DNA of 64,000 bases from Gammaproteobacteria bacterium (GCA_965278995.1 OZ257136.1:2940553-3004552); one strand, 5' to 3'. Shown: positions 28,435-37,601, numbered from the stretch's first letter. Numbers and translations: made by a program. The notes: generated by a model from the letters alone, not told the origin.

Positions 28435-30144
28435 ATGTCTAACCGGACAACTCCAGACTTGCGTACTTTCCACGGCACTGAAAATACGGAAGAGAGAAAC
28501 GTTACCTGCGGGATGCCGGACTGGCTGACGACGTCGGCAACGCAACTGGGGGAAGCGGATGCTACGAACGTTTGGAACACGTCCGCGGACGCGAGCTGTT
28601 CTCCGTTTGCCTCTACGACGCTGAGTGCCCAATTATCCTCAAATGTTCGCCTGCAGGATCTCGGCCTCCTTGGACGAGGCGGGTTTGGCACTGTCCGCGC
28701 AACGATGGACAGGGCACTACTACGTACGGTCGCAACAAAGATACTCGATCAGACTGAGCAACCTTTGGCGCAAGCTGCTCTCCGATTTGTCGAGGAAGCC
28801 CAGATCACAGCTCAACTCGAACATCCGAATATCGTACCGGTCCATGATATCGGAATCGACGAACACGGCAGATATTTCTTCACTATGAAAATAGTGAATG
28901 GCAAGACGCTCCAACATTACCTGTCTGAAACATCCGGCTCAGACGACCATCGAACCTTACATCACAAGCTGCAGATTCTGGTCAAGGTATGCGACGCCAT
29001 TGGATTTGCGCATAGCCAAGGCGTAGTCCACGCAGACCTCAAGCCGGACAACATCATGGTAGGAAGTTTTGGCCAGGTCTATGTGATGGACTGGGGTATC
29101 GCTCAACTCCTGGATTGCGGCCGGCCTTCGGATGGCGCTGGCCTCGGTGACTTCGATCGAGTCCGTTTAGAGAGCGATTCCGACCGAGTAATTCGCAGCA
29201 AAGGCAGGATTGTCGGAACATTACCCTATATGTCGCCCGAACAGGCATTGGGAATGACCGGCCACATCGATCAGCGCACCGACGTATTCGCGTTGGGCGG
29301 CATCTTGTACCAGATGCTCACAGGCCATCCACCCTACACCTGCAACACGACCGAAGAAATACTCGCTGCGGCGCGCGCAGGTGTGATAAACCCTCCTGCA
29401 GTTTCTGCACCGGGCAAGGTCGTTCTTCCCGGCCTGGCCCACATCGCGATGAAGGCACTGAGCGCCCATCCTGCTGAGCGCTACCAGACGGTGCCCGAAA
29501 TGCAGGAGGAAATCGAGCGATTCCTGCGTGGCTGCGATTGGTTCGATACCCGAACATACCTGCCCGGCGACATCATCATGCGGGAAGGTGACGATTCGCA
29601 CGAGGCATACATCATCACGTCTGGTTTGTGCGAAGCGTTCAAGACTGGCGCCGACACCAACGTAACGTTACGTACTATGGGTCCGGGAGATGTTTTCGGC
29701 GAGACGGGCATCTTCACCAGTCAACCACGGTCGGCAAGTGTACGGGCACTTGCACCCCTGAGCGTGCTGGTTGCGACGCGTGAGTCCTTGGAGAAAGAAC
29801 TCGGTTCTGGCAGTTCGTTGAGCATGTTCGTCAAAGCGCTGGGAGAGCGCTTCAGAGAACGCGATGAGCAGCTTATGCATACCTATTTGGCGACCGATCC
29901 CGTACAAATAGCATGCGCCATCTTAAAATTTCTTTGCTTCAACGGCGAAAACAGAGATAACGCGAGAGAAGGTTCGTGGAGCGTCTGCCTTGATTGCCTG
30001 ACAGCAGAATTCGGCCTGCGGGAAAACGAACTGATGCCGCTGGTAGAGCGCAGCCCGCACATCAGGGTCGATAAGGTGAGTGATACGGTATCTGTCAGCA
30101 ATGAAACTCGCTCTGCGGCTAATCAAATCATGAGGCGTGGATAG
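28435..30144 (+). CDS. Ser/Thr protein kinase fused to a C-terminal cyclic-nucleotide-binding (CNB) domain
   Basis: Gly loop LGRGGFGTV, VATK lysine, catalytic loop HADLKPDN (non-RD), DWG in place of DFG, and SPE in place of APE. C-terminal CNB carries FGETGIF and an RSASVRA phosphate-binding cassette. The true start may be downstream (Met27). Confidence 0.8.
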   Translation: MSNRTTPDLRTFHGTENTEERNVTCGMPDWLTTSATQLGEADATNVWNTSADASCSPFASTTLSAQLSSNVRLQDLGLLGRGGFGTVRATMDRALLRTVATKILDQTEQPLAQAALRFVEEAQITAQLEHPNIVPVHDIGIDEHGRYFFTMKIVNGKTLQHYLSETSGSDDHRTLHHKLQILVKVCDAIGFAHSQGVVHADLKPDNIMVGSFGQVYVMDWGIAQLLDCGRPSDGAGLGDFDRVRLESDSDRVIRSKGRIVGTLPYMSPEQALGMTGHIDQRTDVFALGGILYQMLTGHPPYTCNTTEEILAAARAGVINPPAVSAPGKVVLPGLAHIAMKALSAHPAERYQTVPEMQEEIERFLRGCDWFDTRTYLPGDIIMREGDDSHEAYIITSGLCEAFKTGADTNVTLRTMGPGDVFGETGIFTSQPRSASVRALAPLSVLVATRESLEKELGSGSSLSMFVKALGERFRERDEQLMHTYLATDPVQIACAILKFLCFNGENRDNAREGSWSVCLDCLTAEFGLRENELMPLVERSPHIRVDKVSDTVSVSNETRSAANQIMRRG

Positions 30145-30279
30145 TCACATCAGCAAACGCGTATTGGCCCCAACGAGCGATCGTCAGTCGTTACGCGCCC
30201 ACGGCAATTTGAATTGATGACCGTCGCCTTCAACTGACACACGGCGAATACCGGCCGCATTTATTCGGGAGCTGAGTAA

Positions 30280-32163
30280 ATGGCAAAGTATCATCCGCTC
30301 TTCGGAATTGTGCTCGTTTTCGCCGTTATCGGACTGACACGACTGGTGGGCGGATTCGAGCGCGCCGAGCTCGCTGCTTATGATCTGGGCATGAGTGTCC
30401 GCGCGTCGGCTGCTCCCGACGGTCGTTTTCTCCTGATCGACGAATCCGAAGACGACCTTCAGCGTTTCGGGCACCCGTTACCCGATGCGATACTTGCCAG
30501 AATCATCGAAAAACTGGCAATGCTGGGCCCCAGTGTTGTCGGCATCGACAAGTTTCGCGATATTTCCGTGCCACCTGGTGGCGATGACCTCACGGCTGCT
30601 CTCAAGGCACACGCCAACGTATTCTGGATCTATCAGTTCGGCGGACCTGGCATGCATCGTATCGAACCGCCTGCGCCGCTGCTCGACAGCGAACGTATCG
30701 GGTTCAATGACATGGTGGCAGATACCGGTGGCGTCGTTCGTCGCGGATTGCTTTACCTCGATGACGGCAGCGCACCACAGGCGTCATTCCCACTGGTATT
30801 AGCACTCGCTTACTTGAGAAAAGCAGGTATCCAGCCGGTACCCGACGCCGACGACCCGAGTGTCATGAAACTTGGTCACAGCAGTATCCGACCGTTCGCC
30901 AGCAATGACGGTAGTTACGTCTTGGCCGACGCTGCGGGCTATCAGATCTTGCTGGATTTTATGAGTGGTCCTGCACGGTTCCCCCACGTTACGCTTGGCG
31001 AACTGCTCGATGATCGCGTATCTCAGGAACTCGTACGTGATCGTATCGTCATCCTCGGGGCAAGCGCCGAAAGCCTCAAAGACTTTTTTATTACCCCATT
31101 CAGCGGACATGACGCGCGCACCATGTTCGGCAGCGAGCTTCATGCACATGCCACTTCTCAGCTGATCCGCCTGGCGCTTGGCGAACCGGCTGGCGTGACG
31201 ACGCTGCCAGACTGGGTCGACTACAGCCTCCTTGCGCTGTGCTGTCTGGCAGCCTTACCAGCCTGGCTGCGGCCAACTGCTTCTCGTCTCCTACTGCAGG
31301 TCGTAATCGGTAGCGGAGGACTGATCCTCGTCTGGTATCGGCTGGCGACCTCAACCATCTGGTTTCCGATTGTGCCAATGCTCGCCGGGTTTCTGCTGAC
31401 GACGGCGATCCTCGCCGCAATGCGTGCGATTCGCGAGGCGCGAGAGCGCGCCGCGCTGATGTCGATTTTTTCCCGCCACGTCTCTCCCGAAGTCGCTCGA
31501 GAGCTGTGGGAACGTCGAACAGAATTTCTCGATGGTTACAATCTGCGTCCGCGGTTGCTCTCTGCAACAGTGTTGTTTGCCGATATCCGTGGATACTCGA
31601 CTATCGCTGAGACGCTCGAGCCCCTGCAGACCGCACTCTGGCTTAACCAGGTCATGAGCCTGCTGGCTGAGACAATCATGCAATACAAAGGGGTGATTCG
31701 GCAGTACGCGGGTGACGCCGTAATGGCCGTGTATGGAGCACCGATTCCGAGCATTACGCCGGCCGCGCAGGCACAGGATGCTTGCAATGCCGTAATCTGC
31801 GCGCAACAAATTCGAACTCGCTTGGCCGACCTGAACAATTCCCTCCACTCGCAAGGTGCTCCGGACGCGCGCTTGCGCATCGGTATTCACACTGGCTCGA
31901 TGGTGACCTGCAGTATCGGCAGTTCCGAACGAGGTGAATATGCCGTTGTCGGTGACGCCGTCAACGTTGCGGCTCGTCTGCAGACCCTGCCACTCAATGA
32001 AACGGGTATGGATAGTGAATGTCGGATCCTGATCAGTCGGGAAACATGGAGTCTGCTTGCCGATATTGTTGATTGTGACGACGTCGGTACCTTTGAAGTA
32101 AAAGGGCGACGCGACCCGGTAGGAGTGTTTCGCGTCAGTGATCCTCAACGGCGGCTGGAATGA
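30280..32163 (+). CDS. CHASE2 sensor domain - class III adenylate/guanylate cyclase
   Basis: N-terminal TM helix, then a periplasmic CHASE2-like region. Further TM helices, then a cyclase domain (ATVLFADIRGYSTIAE...YAGDAVMAVYGAP...GIHTGSMVTCSIGS). Confidence 0.85.
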   Translation: MAKYHPLFGIVLVFAVIGLTRLVGGFERAELAAYDLGMSVRASAAPDGRFLLIDESEDDLQRFGHPLPDAILARIIEKLAMLGPSVVGIDKFRDISVPPGGDDLTAALKAHANVFWIYQFGGPGMHRIEPPAPLLDSERIGFNDMVADTGGVVRRGLLYLDDGSAPQASFPLVLALAYLRKAGIQPVPDADDPSVMKLGHSSIRPFASNDGSYVLADAAGYQILLDFMSGPARFPHVTLGELLDDRVSQELVRDRIVILGASAESLKDFFITPFSGHDARTMFGSELHAHATSQLIRLALGEPAGVTTLPDWVDYSLLALCCLAALPAWLRPTASRLLLQVVIGSGGLILVWYRLATSTIWFPIVPMLAGFLLTTAILAAMRAIREARERAALMSIFSRHVSPEVARELWERRTEFLDGYNLRPRLLSATVLFADIRGYSTIAETLEPLQTALWLNQVMSLLAETIMQYKGVIRQYAGDAVMAVYGAPIPSITPAAQAQDACNAVICAQQIRTRLADLNNSLHSQGAPDARLRIGIHTGSMVTCSIGSSERGEYAVVGDAVNVAARLQTLPLNETGMDSECRILISRETWSLLADIVDCDDVGTFEVKGRRDPVGVFRVSDPQRRLE

Positions 32164-32187
32164 TCGGAAAGCCTATAGCAATGGCTG

Positions 32188-32934
32188 CTATGGCTTCGCC
32201 ACGCGATCGTCGGTTACTTCCGGCAATCCAACCTGATTCAACAACTCGCGTCGGAAGTCGCGAAGTTCCGTGTCTTCTGCGTTTTCCTCGATCAATCGAT
32301 TCAGATACGCAATAGCGTCGTACCAGTAACCAGCTTGAGCGTAGATCCGAGGCTGCTCACGCGGATCTGCCGATGCGCTCCTGCGACGTAATGAGTCCGA
32401 CGGGGGAACATACGCGATCGTTCCGCTCGCAACGACATCTTGCGAACGCTGATTCGAATTGAGGATCAGTGCAACGGACCACTGGTACTCGACACCTTCT
32501 TTCAGCGTGACGCCATGAGTACCAAGGTCGAGCGCCTGGAAGCCGCTCGCCACAGGCTTGCCGAGGGTAAGTTCCAGCAGAGGTTCGATGCTCTGTTCGT
32601 CGAGTAAAGTCAATTCGATCTTCGCCGGAACAGGTCGATTTACATACCAGTAGACCACGGGCTGTGCCAGGGACGACAAACCGGTATCCTCGGGCACCAG
32701 CACGCGAAGGATGGTATCGCCGTCCCCGCCCCCGCGAGTGCCCCCGCCAACCCTGCGCGCAGGTGCCCCGGTCGAAGGCGGTACATACCCACCCCTTTCC
32801 GACTTTACTTCGGGCGGTGGTGTTTTGATGCTTTCGATGGCAGTTGAATGCTGTATGACGGTTATGCCCACGAGCATGGCTACCACTAACGAAAAAGCGC
32901 GTATGGAAAAATATTTCATTTCAACCACCCCCAC
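32188..32934 (-). CDS. DUF928 domain secreted protein
   Basis: Signal peptide (MKYFSIRAFSLVVAMLVGITVIQHSTA) and a Gly-rich linker; resembles the DUF928 family. Start may be Met6 (32919). Confidence 0.55.
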   Translation of the reverse strand: MGVVEMKYFSIRAFSLVVAMLVGITVIQHSTAIESIKTPPPEVKSERGGYVPPSTGAPARRVGGGTRGGGDGDTILRVLVPEDTGLSSLAQPVVYWYVNRPVPAKIELTLLDEQSIEPLLELTLGKPVASGFQALDLGTHGVTLKEGVEYQWSVALILNSNQRSQDVVASGTIAYVPPSDSLRRRSASADPREQPRIYAQAGYWYDAIAYLNRLIEENAEDTELRDFRRELLNQVGLPEVTDDRVAKP

Positions 32935-32974
32935 TCAACGCTATCGATTTTGCCGCCGCTTGCGCAGCTACCCG

Positions 32975-34318
32975 CTAATTGGCCTGCGGGCTCACCGCAT
33001 ATAATCGCCATTCACCCGGCACGCCTTTCAGCGTCTGCAGACCGCGGTCCACGAAGCGAATCTCAGAACCAGCAACAAGATCTTTTACCGTACTCGAGAC
33101 CAGCACTTCGCCCGCTCCTGCCTTGCCGACGACCCGCGCACCGATATGCACGGCGATGCCGCGAATGGCGCGGTCGGCGAGTTCGATCTCTCCGGTGTGC
33201 AAACCTACGCGGATCTCGATTCCAAGCGTATGAACGGATTCACGAATGGCACAAGCACAGCGAATCGCGCGTGCAGGTCCGTCGAAAGTAGCCAGCAGAC
33301 CGTCGCCCATGAACTCGATCTCCTGCCCTCTGTGTCTGATGAGTTCTCGCCGTACGATGTCGTGGTGAGTTTCCAGAAGTGCGCGCCAGGCATGATCGCC
33401 GAGAGCGACGGCACGCTCGGTCGAACCGACAATGTCAGTGAACAGCACCGTCGCAAGAACGCGGTCGCTATCCAGCACTGGTCGTGCGCCGGTCAGGAAC
33501 TCCTCTATCTCACCGAGCATCGGCTCCGTCGCCCCAATGTGGAATAGATGATCCGTGCCCCCAAGTTCGACGAATTTTGCACCCGGGACATGCCGCGCGA
33601 GATAGTGTCCGTGGCTGACATCAATAATCCGATTGCCGGCGCGGTGCATGACGAGTGTCGGCACTCTGATTGCTGGTAAAACGTCGCGGAGATCTTTTTC
33701 GAAATCCGATCGCACAACGGCTCGCACCATGCTCGGTGAGAGCGAGAGTCTTTCATAGCGGGCGTACCAGCGACGGAAGCGTTCATCGCGCGCGACGCTC
33801 GGCGCAAATACATCGAGGTTCACACCGGTGCCCCAACGCGATTCCACCTCGTCCAGCGAACGCATTACGTGATCCATCGAAAAATCCTCGGGATGCTCAT
33901 CGTCACCAAACTGACGCGCCGAGGAATCGACCAGGATCAGCGCAGACGTCTGCGCCGGATAGGTGGCAGCGAAGAGCATGGCCATCTGACCGCCATGCGA
34001 ATGCCCGAGCAGCGCCGCGCGGGTCGAACCCGCCGCGCCCATGACTGTGCGGACGTCGTCGCTCCACTGCTCCAGAGTCGGTAACGCTGCAAGCGGCACC
34101 GGATCGGAGACACCAGCACCGCGTTTGTCGAAACACAACAGGCGACTGAATGTCGCCAGGCGATTGAGAAAATGCGCAATCGTTGGCTCTTCCCACATGG
34201 CGTCGATATTGGTCGCCCACCACGGAATGAAGACGAGGTCCTGCGGACCCTCGCCGATCACCTGGTAGGCGACACTGCCTTCCCTGCTCCTCGCGTAATG
34301 TGTTTCAGGGTCTGCCAT
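32975..34318 (-). CDS. alpha/beta-hydrolase - class III adenylate/guanylate cyclase fusion (LipJ-like architecture)
   Basis: N-terminal hydrolase with GHSHGG nucleophile elbow. C-terminal cyclase (ATVLFTDIVGSTERA...FMGDGLLATFDGP...GLHTGEIE). Confidence 0.8.
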   Translation of the reverse strand: MADPETHYARSREGSVAYQVIGEGPQDLVFIPWWATNIDAMWEEPTIAHFLNRLATFSRLLCFDKRGAGVSDPVPLAALPTLEQWSDDVRTVMGAAGSTRAALLGHSHGGQMAMLFAATYPAQTSALILVDSSARQFGDDEHPEDFSMDHVMRSLDEVESRWGTGVNLDVFAPSVARDERFRRWYARYERLSLSPSMVRAVVRSDFEKDLRDVLPAIRVPTLVMHRAGNRIIDVSHGHYLARHVPGAKFVELGGTDHLFHIGATEPMLGEIEEFLTGARPVLDSDRVLATVLFTDIVGSTERAVALGDHAWRALLETHHDIVRRELIRHRGQEIEFMGDGLLATFDGPARAIRCACAIRESVHTLGIEIRVGLHTGEIELADRAIRGIAVHIGARVVGKAGAGEVLVSSTVKDLVAGSEIRFVDRGLQTLKGVPGEWRLYAVSPQAN

Positions 34319-34359
34319 TGCGAGTGCTCGAGTCCGTCAATTGCGTCAAAATGAGGCCG

Positions 34360-34737
34360 TCAAGCCCGTTTTTCGAAGTAAACAACATCAGGGAGCGACT
34401 CGAAGATTCGATCGCAGGTGATCATATCCGCATTCTGATCGCGTGCCGTGGCGTAGACGATGGCGTCGGCAGTCGCGAGCTTATGTTGACGATGAAGGTC
34501 GGCGGCGAGCAAGGCAATACGAGTATCCAGCGGTACGACAATACACTTCTGGGTATACGCGATGACACGATCTGCTGCTTCGTCACCAAGCACTCGCATG
34601 ACCCACTTCGACAATTCGAGCTGGACAATAGTCGGCACCATGGTCTGGCTTTTACCTGGCATTTCCTTGCTCAGTTTCCTGCCTGACGGGCTACCGATCA
34701 GCCATTCGATCCAGGCTGACGTATCAATAACCCGCAT
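34360..34737 (-). CDS. vapC: PIN-domain toxin VapC
   Basis: MRVIDTSAWIEWL...; PIN acidic residues D5, E40 and D99-like. TGATG overlap with the upstream antitoxin gene. Confidence 0.8.
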   Translation of the reverse strand: MRVIDTSAWIEWLIGSPSGRKLSKEMPGKSQTMVPTIVQLELSKWVMRVLGDEAADRVIAYTQKCIVVPLDTRIALLAADLHRQHKLATADAIVYATARDQNADMITCDRIFESLPDVVYFEKRA

Positions 34738-34949
34738 CAGTAACGATCCTTGCGATCGCGATAGTTTCTGTTTTTAGCACCCTTCGCGATTCCAGCAAGC
34801 TCATCCAGTTCGGGCACCGGCATGACGAGCACCCCCCTGCCTTTGGGGATGAAAACAAACTCTTGACCCGCCTTCCAATCCTGTTCGTCTCGGACTGATT
34901 TGGGAATCGAAATCTGAAATTTGCTCGACAAGGTTGCTGTTGCGACCAT
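34737..34949 (-). CDS. vapB: AbrB/MazE/SpoVT-type antitoxin VapB
   Basis: 70-aa product from Met46 of ORF 34737..35084 (MVATATLSSKFQISIPKSVRDEQDWKAGQEFVFIPKGRGVLVMPV...). Has the swapped-hairpin beta-barrel signature. Confidence 0.65.
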   Translation of the reverse strand: MVATATLSSKFQISIPKSVRDEQDWKAGQEFVFIPKGRGVLVMPVPELDELAGIAKGAKNRNYRDRKDRY

Positions 34950-35109
34950 TTTCGTACCTCGAGATAATCGATAAGAATATGGTAAGAATATAACAACCGC
35001 CATGACCTCTGGCAACGAAATCAGGACTCGTTTCGGCTCTGGTGAGGCTGACCCACTTGTCCGGCGCCACCGAAGCGCGCACATTGCGCGTCAAGCAACA
35101 CGAGAAGAT

Positions 35110-36135
35110 ATGATGATTCGAGATGACAGCAGCAGCGCCGAGCCTGAGCCGATCCCGGCAACGTCCGGACAGTCGCCCTTTCATTCTGGCGAAATCGAAT
35201 TGCAGCGGCGCGCCGGCGTCCATGAACGGATGGACCAGATCGGACGCGCGATGATCCGCGACCATATGCCGGATCAGCATCGGGAATTTTTTGCGCTCCT
35301 GCCGACGCTGCTGGTTGCCGGTCTCGATGCCGACTGTCAACCGTGGGCGACGATGCTGGCCGGCCCGGCCGGATTCGTCTCTACGCCCGATGCGCACCAT
35401 TTGCGAGTCGCCACGCTCCCCGAGCCTGTCGACCCCTTGTCCGGTTGCCTCACCGAGGGCATGCCGCTGGGCCTGCTCGGACTGCAACCACATACCCGCC
35501 GCCGCAATCGCATGAATGGTCTCATCACGGCAATCGATGCTGCCGGCTTCGAGGTCGGTGTGCGTCAGAGTTTCGGCAATTGTCCGAAATATATTCAGGC
35601 GCGGGAACCGTCATGGATTGCGCCGACTGAAGTACGCACGGCACCGGTCGCTGTCGCTGGCGGTGCTGTGCTGGACGAGGCGCTCTGTCGCCACATCCGC
35701 AATGCAGACACGTTCTTCATTGCCAGCGTCTCGACCGAGCCAGATTCAAACGCCCGCGGCGCCGGCCTTGATATCTCACACCGCGGCGGCACACCGGGTT
35801 TCGTGCGCATCGACCACCATGCCGGGCACAGTGTGCTGACCGTGCCCGATTTCGTCGGCAACTCGTTGTACAACACGCTCGGCAATCTGCTCGTCAATCC
35901 AGCTTGCGGATTGCTGTTCGTCGACTATGCCGACGGTGGCCTGTTGCACTTGAGCGGTACTGGCGAAGTGGTATGGAGCGGCGATGAAATCGCCCACTAT
36001 GGCGGCGCCCAGCGGCTATGGCGCTGTCGAATTCAGCGCAGCCTGTGGCGCCCGCGCGCGCTACCGCTGACGTGGTCGCAGGCCGAACCGGCACCACAGC
36101 TCGCTCAGCTCGGGCGCTGGCCGGACGCAACCTGA
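35110..36135 (+). CDS. pyridoxamine 5'-phosphate oxidase-like FMN-binding split-barrel protein
   Basis: Contains a DISHRGGTPGFVR motif and overall resembles PNPOx-related flavin-nucleotide-binding proteins of about 340 aa. Start is uncertain (Met37 or Met38 of ORF 35002..36135). Confidence 0.5.
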   Translation: MMIRDDSSSAEPEPIPATSGQSPFHSGEIELQRRAGVHERMDQIGRAMIRDHMPDQHREFFALLPTLLVAGLDADCQPWATMLAGPAGFVSTPDAHHLRVATLPEPVDPLSGCLTEGMPLGLLGLQPHTRRRNRMNGLITAIDAAGFEVGVRQSFGNCPKYIQAREPSWIAPTEVRTAPVAVAGGAVLDEALCRHIRNADTFFIASVSTEPDSNARGAGLDISHRGGTPGFVRIDHHAGHSVLTVPDFVGNSLYNTLGNLLVNPACGLLFVDYADGGLLHLSGTGEVVWSGDEIAHYGGAQRLWRCRIQRSLWRPRALPLTWSQAEPAPQLAQLGRWPDAT

Positions 36136-36196
36136 AGCTGTCTCTCCGATTGCGTCGGGCATCGCGGCAGATTGCTCTCCTGCCACGTCGCAACGC

Positions 36197-36808
36197 TCAG
36201 CCGCTGCTGGCCGCTCGCGCTTTCGTTGCCGGCGTATCGCGGTACATTTCGAGGTACTGCGGTGCGGGCCGAAGGCCGGAAGCCTGCGCAATTCGATTCG
36301 CCCCAGCATAGAATGCAGCGGTCGAGATGATGCTGAAAATGGCTTCGTCGTCGAAACCGGCATCGCGCAGCGCCTGTCTGTCGGAATCGCCGATATGCTC
36401 GGCATCTTTCAGGACCAGAACGACGAAATCGAGCATCGCACGATGACGGACGGATAGCGCCGCCAGCTTGTAGTTACGCGATAGGTATTCGGCGAACAGC
36501 GCATCGCCGGTTTCCCCGCGCATCAGCGCGCCGTGGTGTGACGTGCAGTACACGCAGCCGTTGGTGGCAGCCGAGACCAGGGCGATCATTTCGTGCTCGA
36601 GATGCGTCAGGCCGGAATCCTCGCGCATCAGCTCCAGATACTGCCCCATGAAGGCCCGCAGACGGCGATTGTCAGTGGCAAACAGCCGGACGAAGTGCGG
36701 CATGAACCCGTATTTCTTTTCGATACCTTTGACCAGCGCGCTCATCTCGGCATCGAGATTGTTGCGCTCCTCAAGATTCAGCGCGTATATGCGATCGGAA
36801 TTCGCCAT
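36197..36808 (-). CDS. carboxymuconolactone decarboxylase/AhpD-like peroxidase-related protein
   Basis: CVYCTSHH (CxxC...H) motif as in AhpD-family peroxidase-related enzymes. Confidence 0.7.
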   Translation of the reverse strand: MANSDRIYALNLEERNNLDAEMSALVKGIEKKYGFMPHFVRLFATDNRRLRAFMGQYLELMREDSGLTHLEHEMIALVSAATNGCVYCTSHHGALMRGETGDALFAEYLSRNYKLAALSVRHRAMLDFVVLVLKDAEHIGDSDRQALRDAGFDDEAIFSIISTAAFYAGANRIAQASGLRPAPQYLEMYRDTPATKARAASSG

Positions 36809-36951
36809 GGCCAGTCCTCCGCTGCGGCGAGCGCCACATTGCGCTCACTTGGCTGCTGACTATGGCAGCAACAGGCCATAATCAGAAGCAAAAATTCGGT
36901 CTAAGGATATACTTGGGCGGCTGACTCAGCCGTTTACCGGGAGGGGAACCC

Positions 36952-37560
36952 ATGATCAAGCTTTATCACGCACCGCGCACGCGCTCGCTGCGCATTCTGT
37001 GGCTGCTGGAAGAACTCGGCCTGCCCTATACAATCGAACGCGTTGAATTCGCGCCCAAGCCCGACAAACTATTTGCGCAGAGCACCCCTAATGGCAAAGT
37101 GCCGGTACTCGAAGATGGCGGAATCGTCATGTTCGAATCGGGTGCAATGGTCGAGTACCTGCTCGAACGTTACGGCAACGGGCGCCTCGCGCCCGCCGTT
37201 GGTACTGCGGAACGTGCACCGTTCCTGCAATGGATGTATTTCTCCGAGAGCACGGCTTTCGCGCCGCTCGCGAGTGTCGTCTGGCTGGTTCGCTACCGGA
37301 CCGACGCGGCCAACAACAGCGAGTTGATCGCCGACGCCAAATCGCGCGCGGCAATGGCTTTCGCGTTCCTCGAGACAGCGCTTGGCGAGCGCGATTTCCT
37401 GCTCGAGAGCGGCTTCTCGGCCGCCGACATCATGATGGGGTTCACACTGTTCGCCGCACGGGCTTTCGGCGTCATCGACGACAACACCTACCCGCGCCTG
37501 ACGGCGTATGCCAAACGCATAGAATCGCGGCCGGCTTATCTAAAAGCCGCAACGATTTAG
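36952..37560 (+). CDS. glutathione S-transferase
   Basis: N-terminal thioredoxin-like GST domain (MIKLYHAPRTRSLRILWLLEELGLPY...VPVLEDGGIVMFESGAMVEYL) and C-terminal helical domain. Confidence 0.8.
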   Translation: MIKLYHAPRTRSLRILWLLEELGLPYTIERVEFAPKPDKLFAQSTPNGKVPVLEDGGIVMFESGAMVEYLLERYGNGRLAPAVGTAERAPFLQWMYFSESTAFAPLASVVWLVRYRTDAANNSELIADAKSRAAMAFAFLETALGERDFLLESGFSAADIMMGFTLFAARAFGVIDDNTYPRLTAYAKRIESRPAYLKAATI

Positions 37561-37601
37561 CCGGCCGAAGTACCTGAGGAATCCCGGCCGCAGCCGCAGC
37601 A

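Noticed and set aside
28435-34318. Pycsar/CBASS-like anti-phage system (cyclase plus cNMP-binding effector)
   Set aside because: Both cyclases carry classical signalling sensor domains (CHASE2, alpha/beta-hydrolase). The CNB partner is a kinase rather than a TM/TIR/nuclease effector, and there are no other defence-island hallmarks. Judged more consistent with signal transduction, though not formally excluded.
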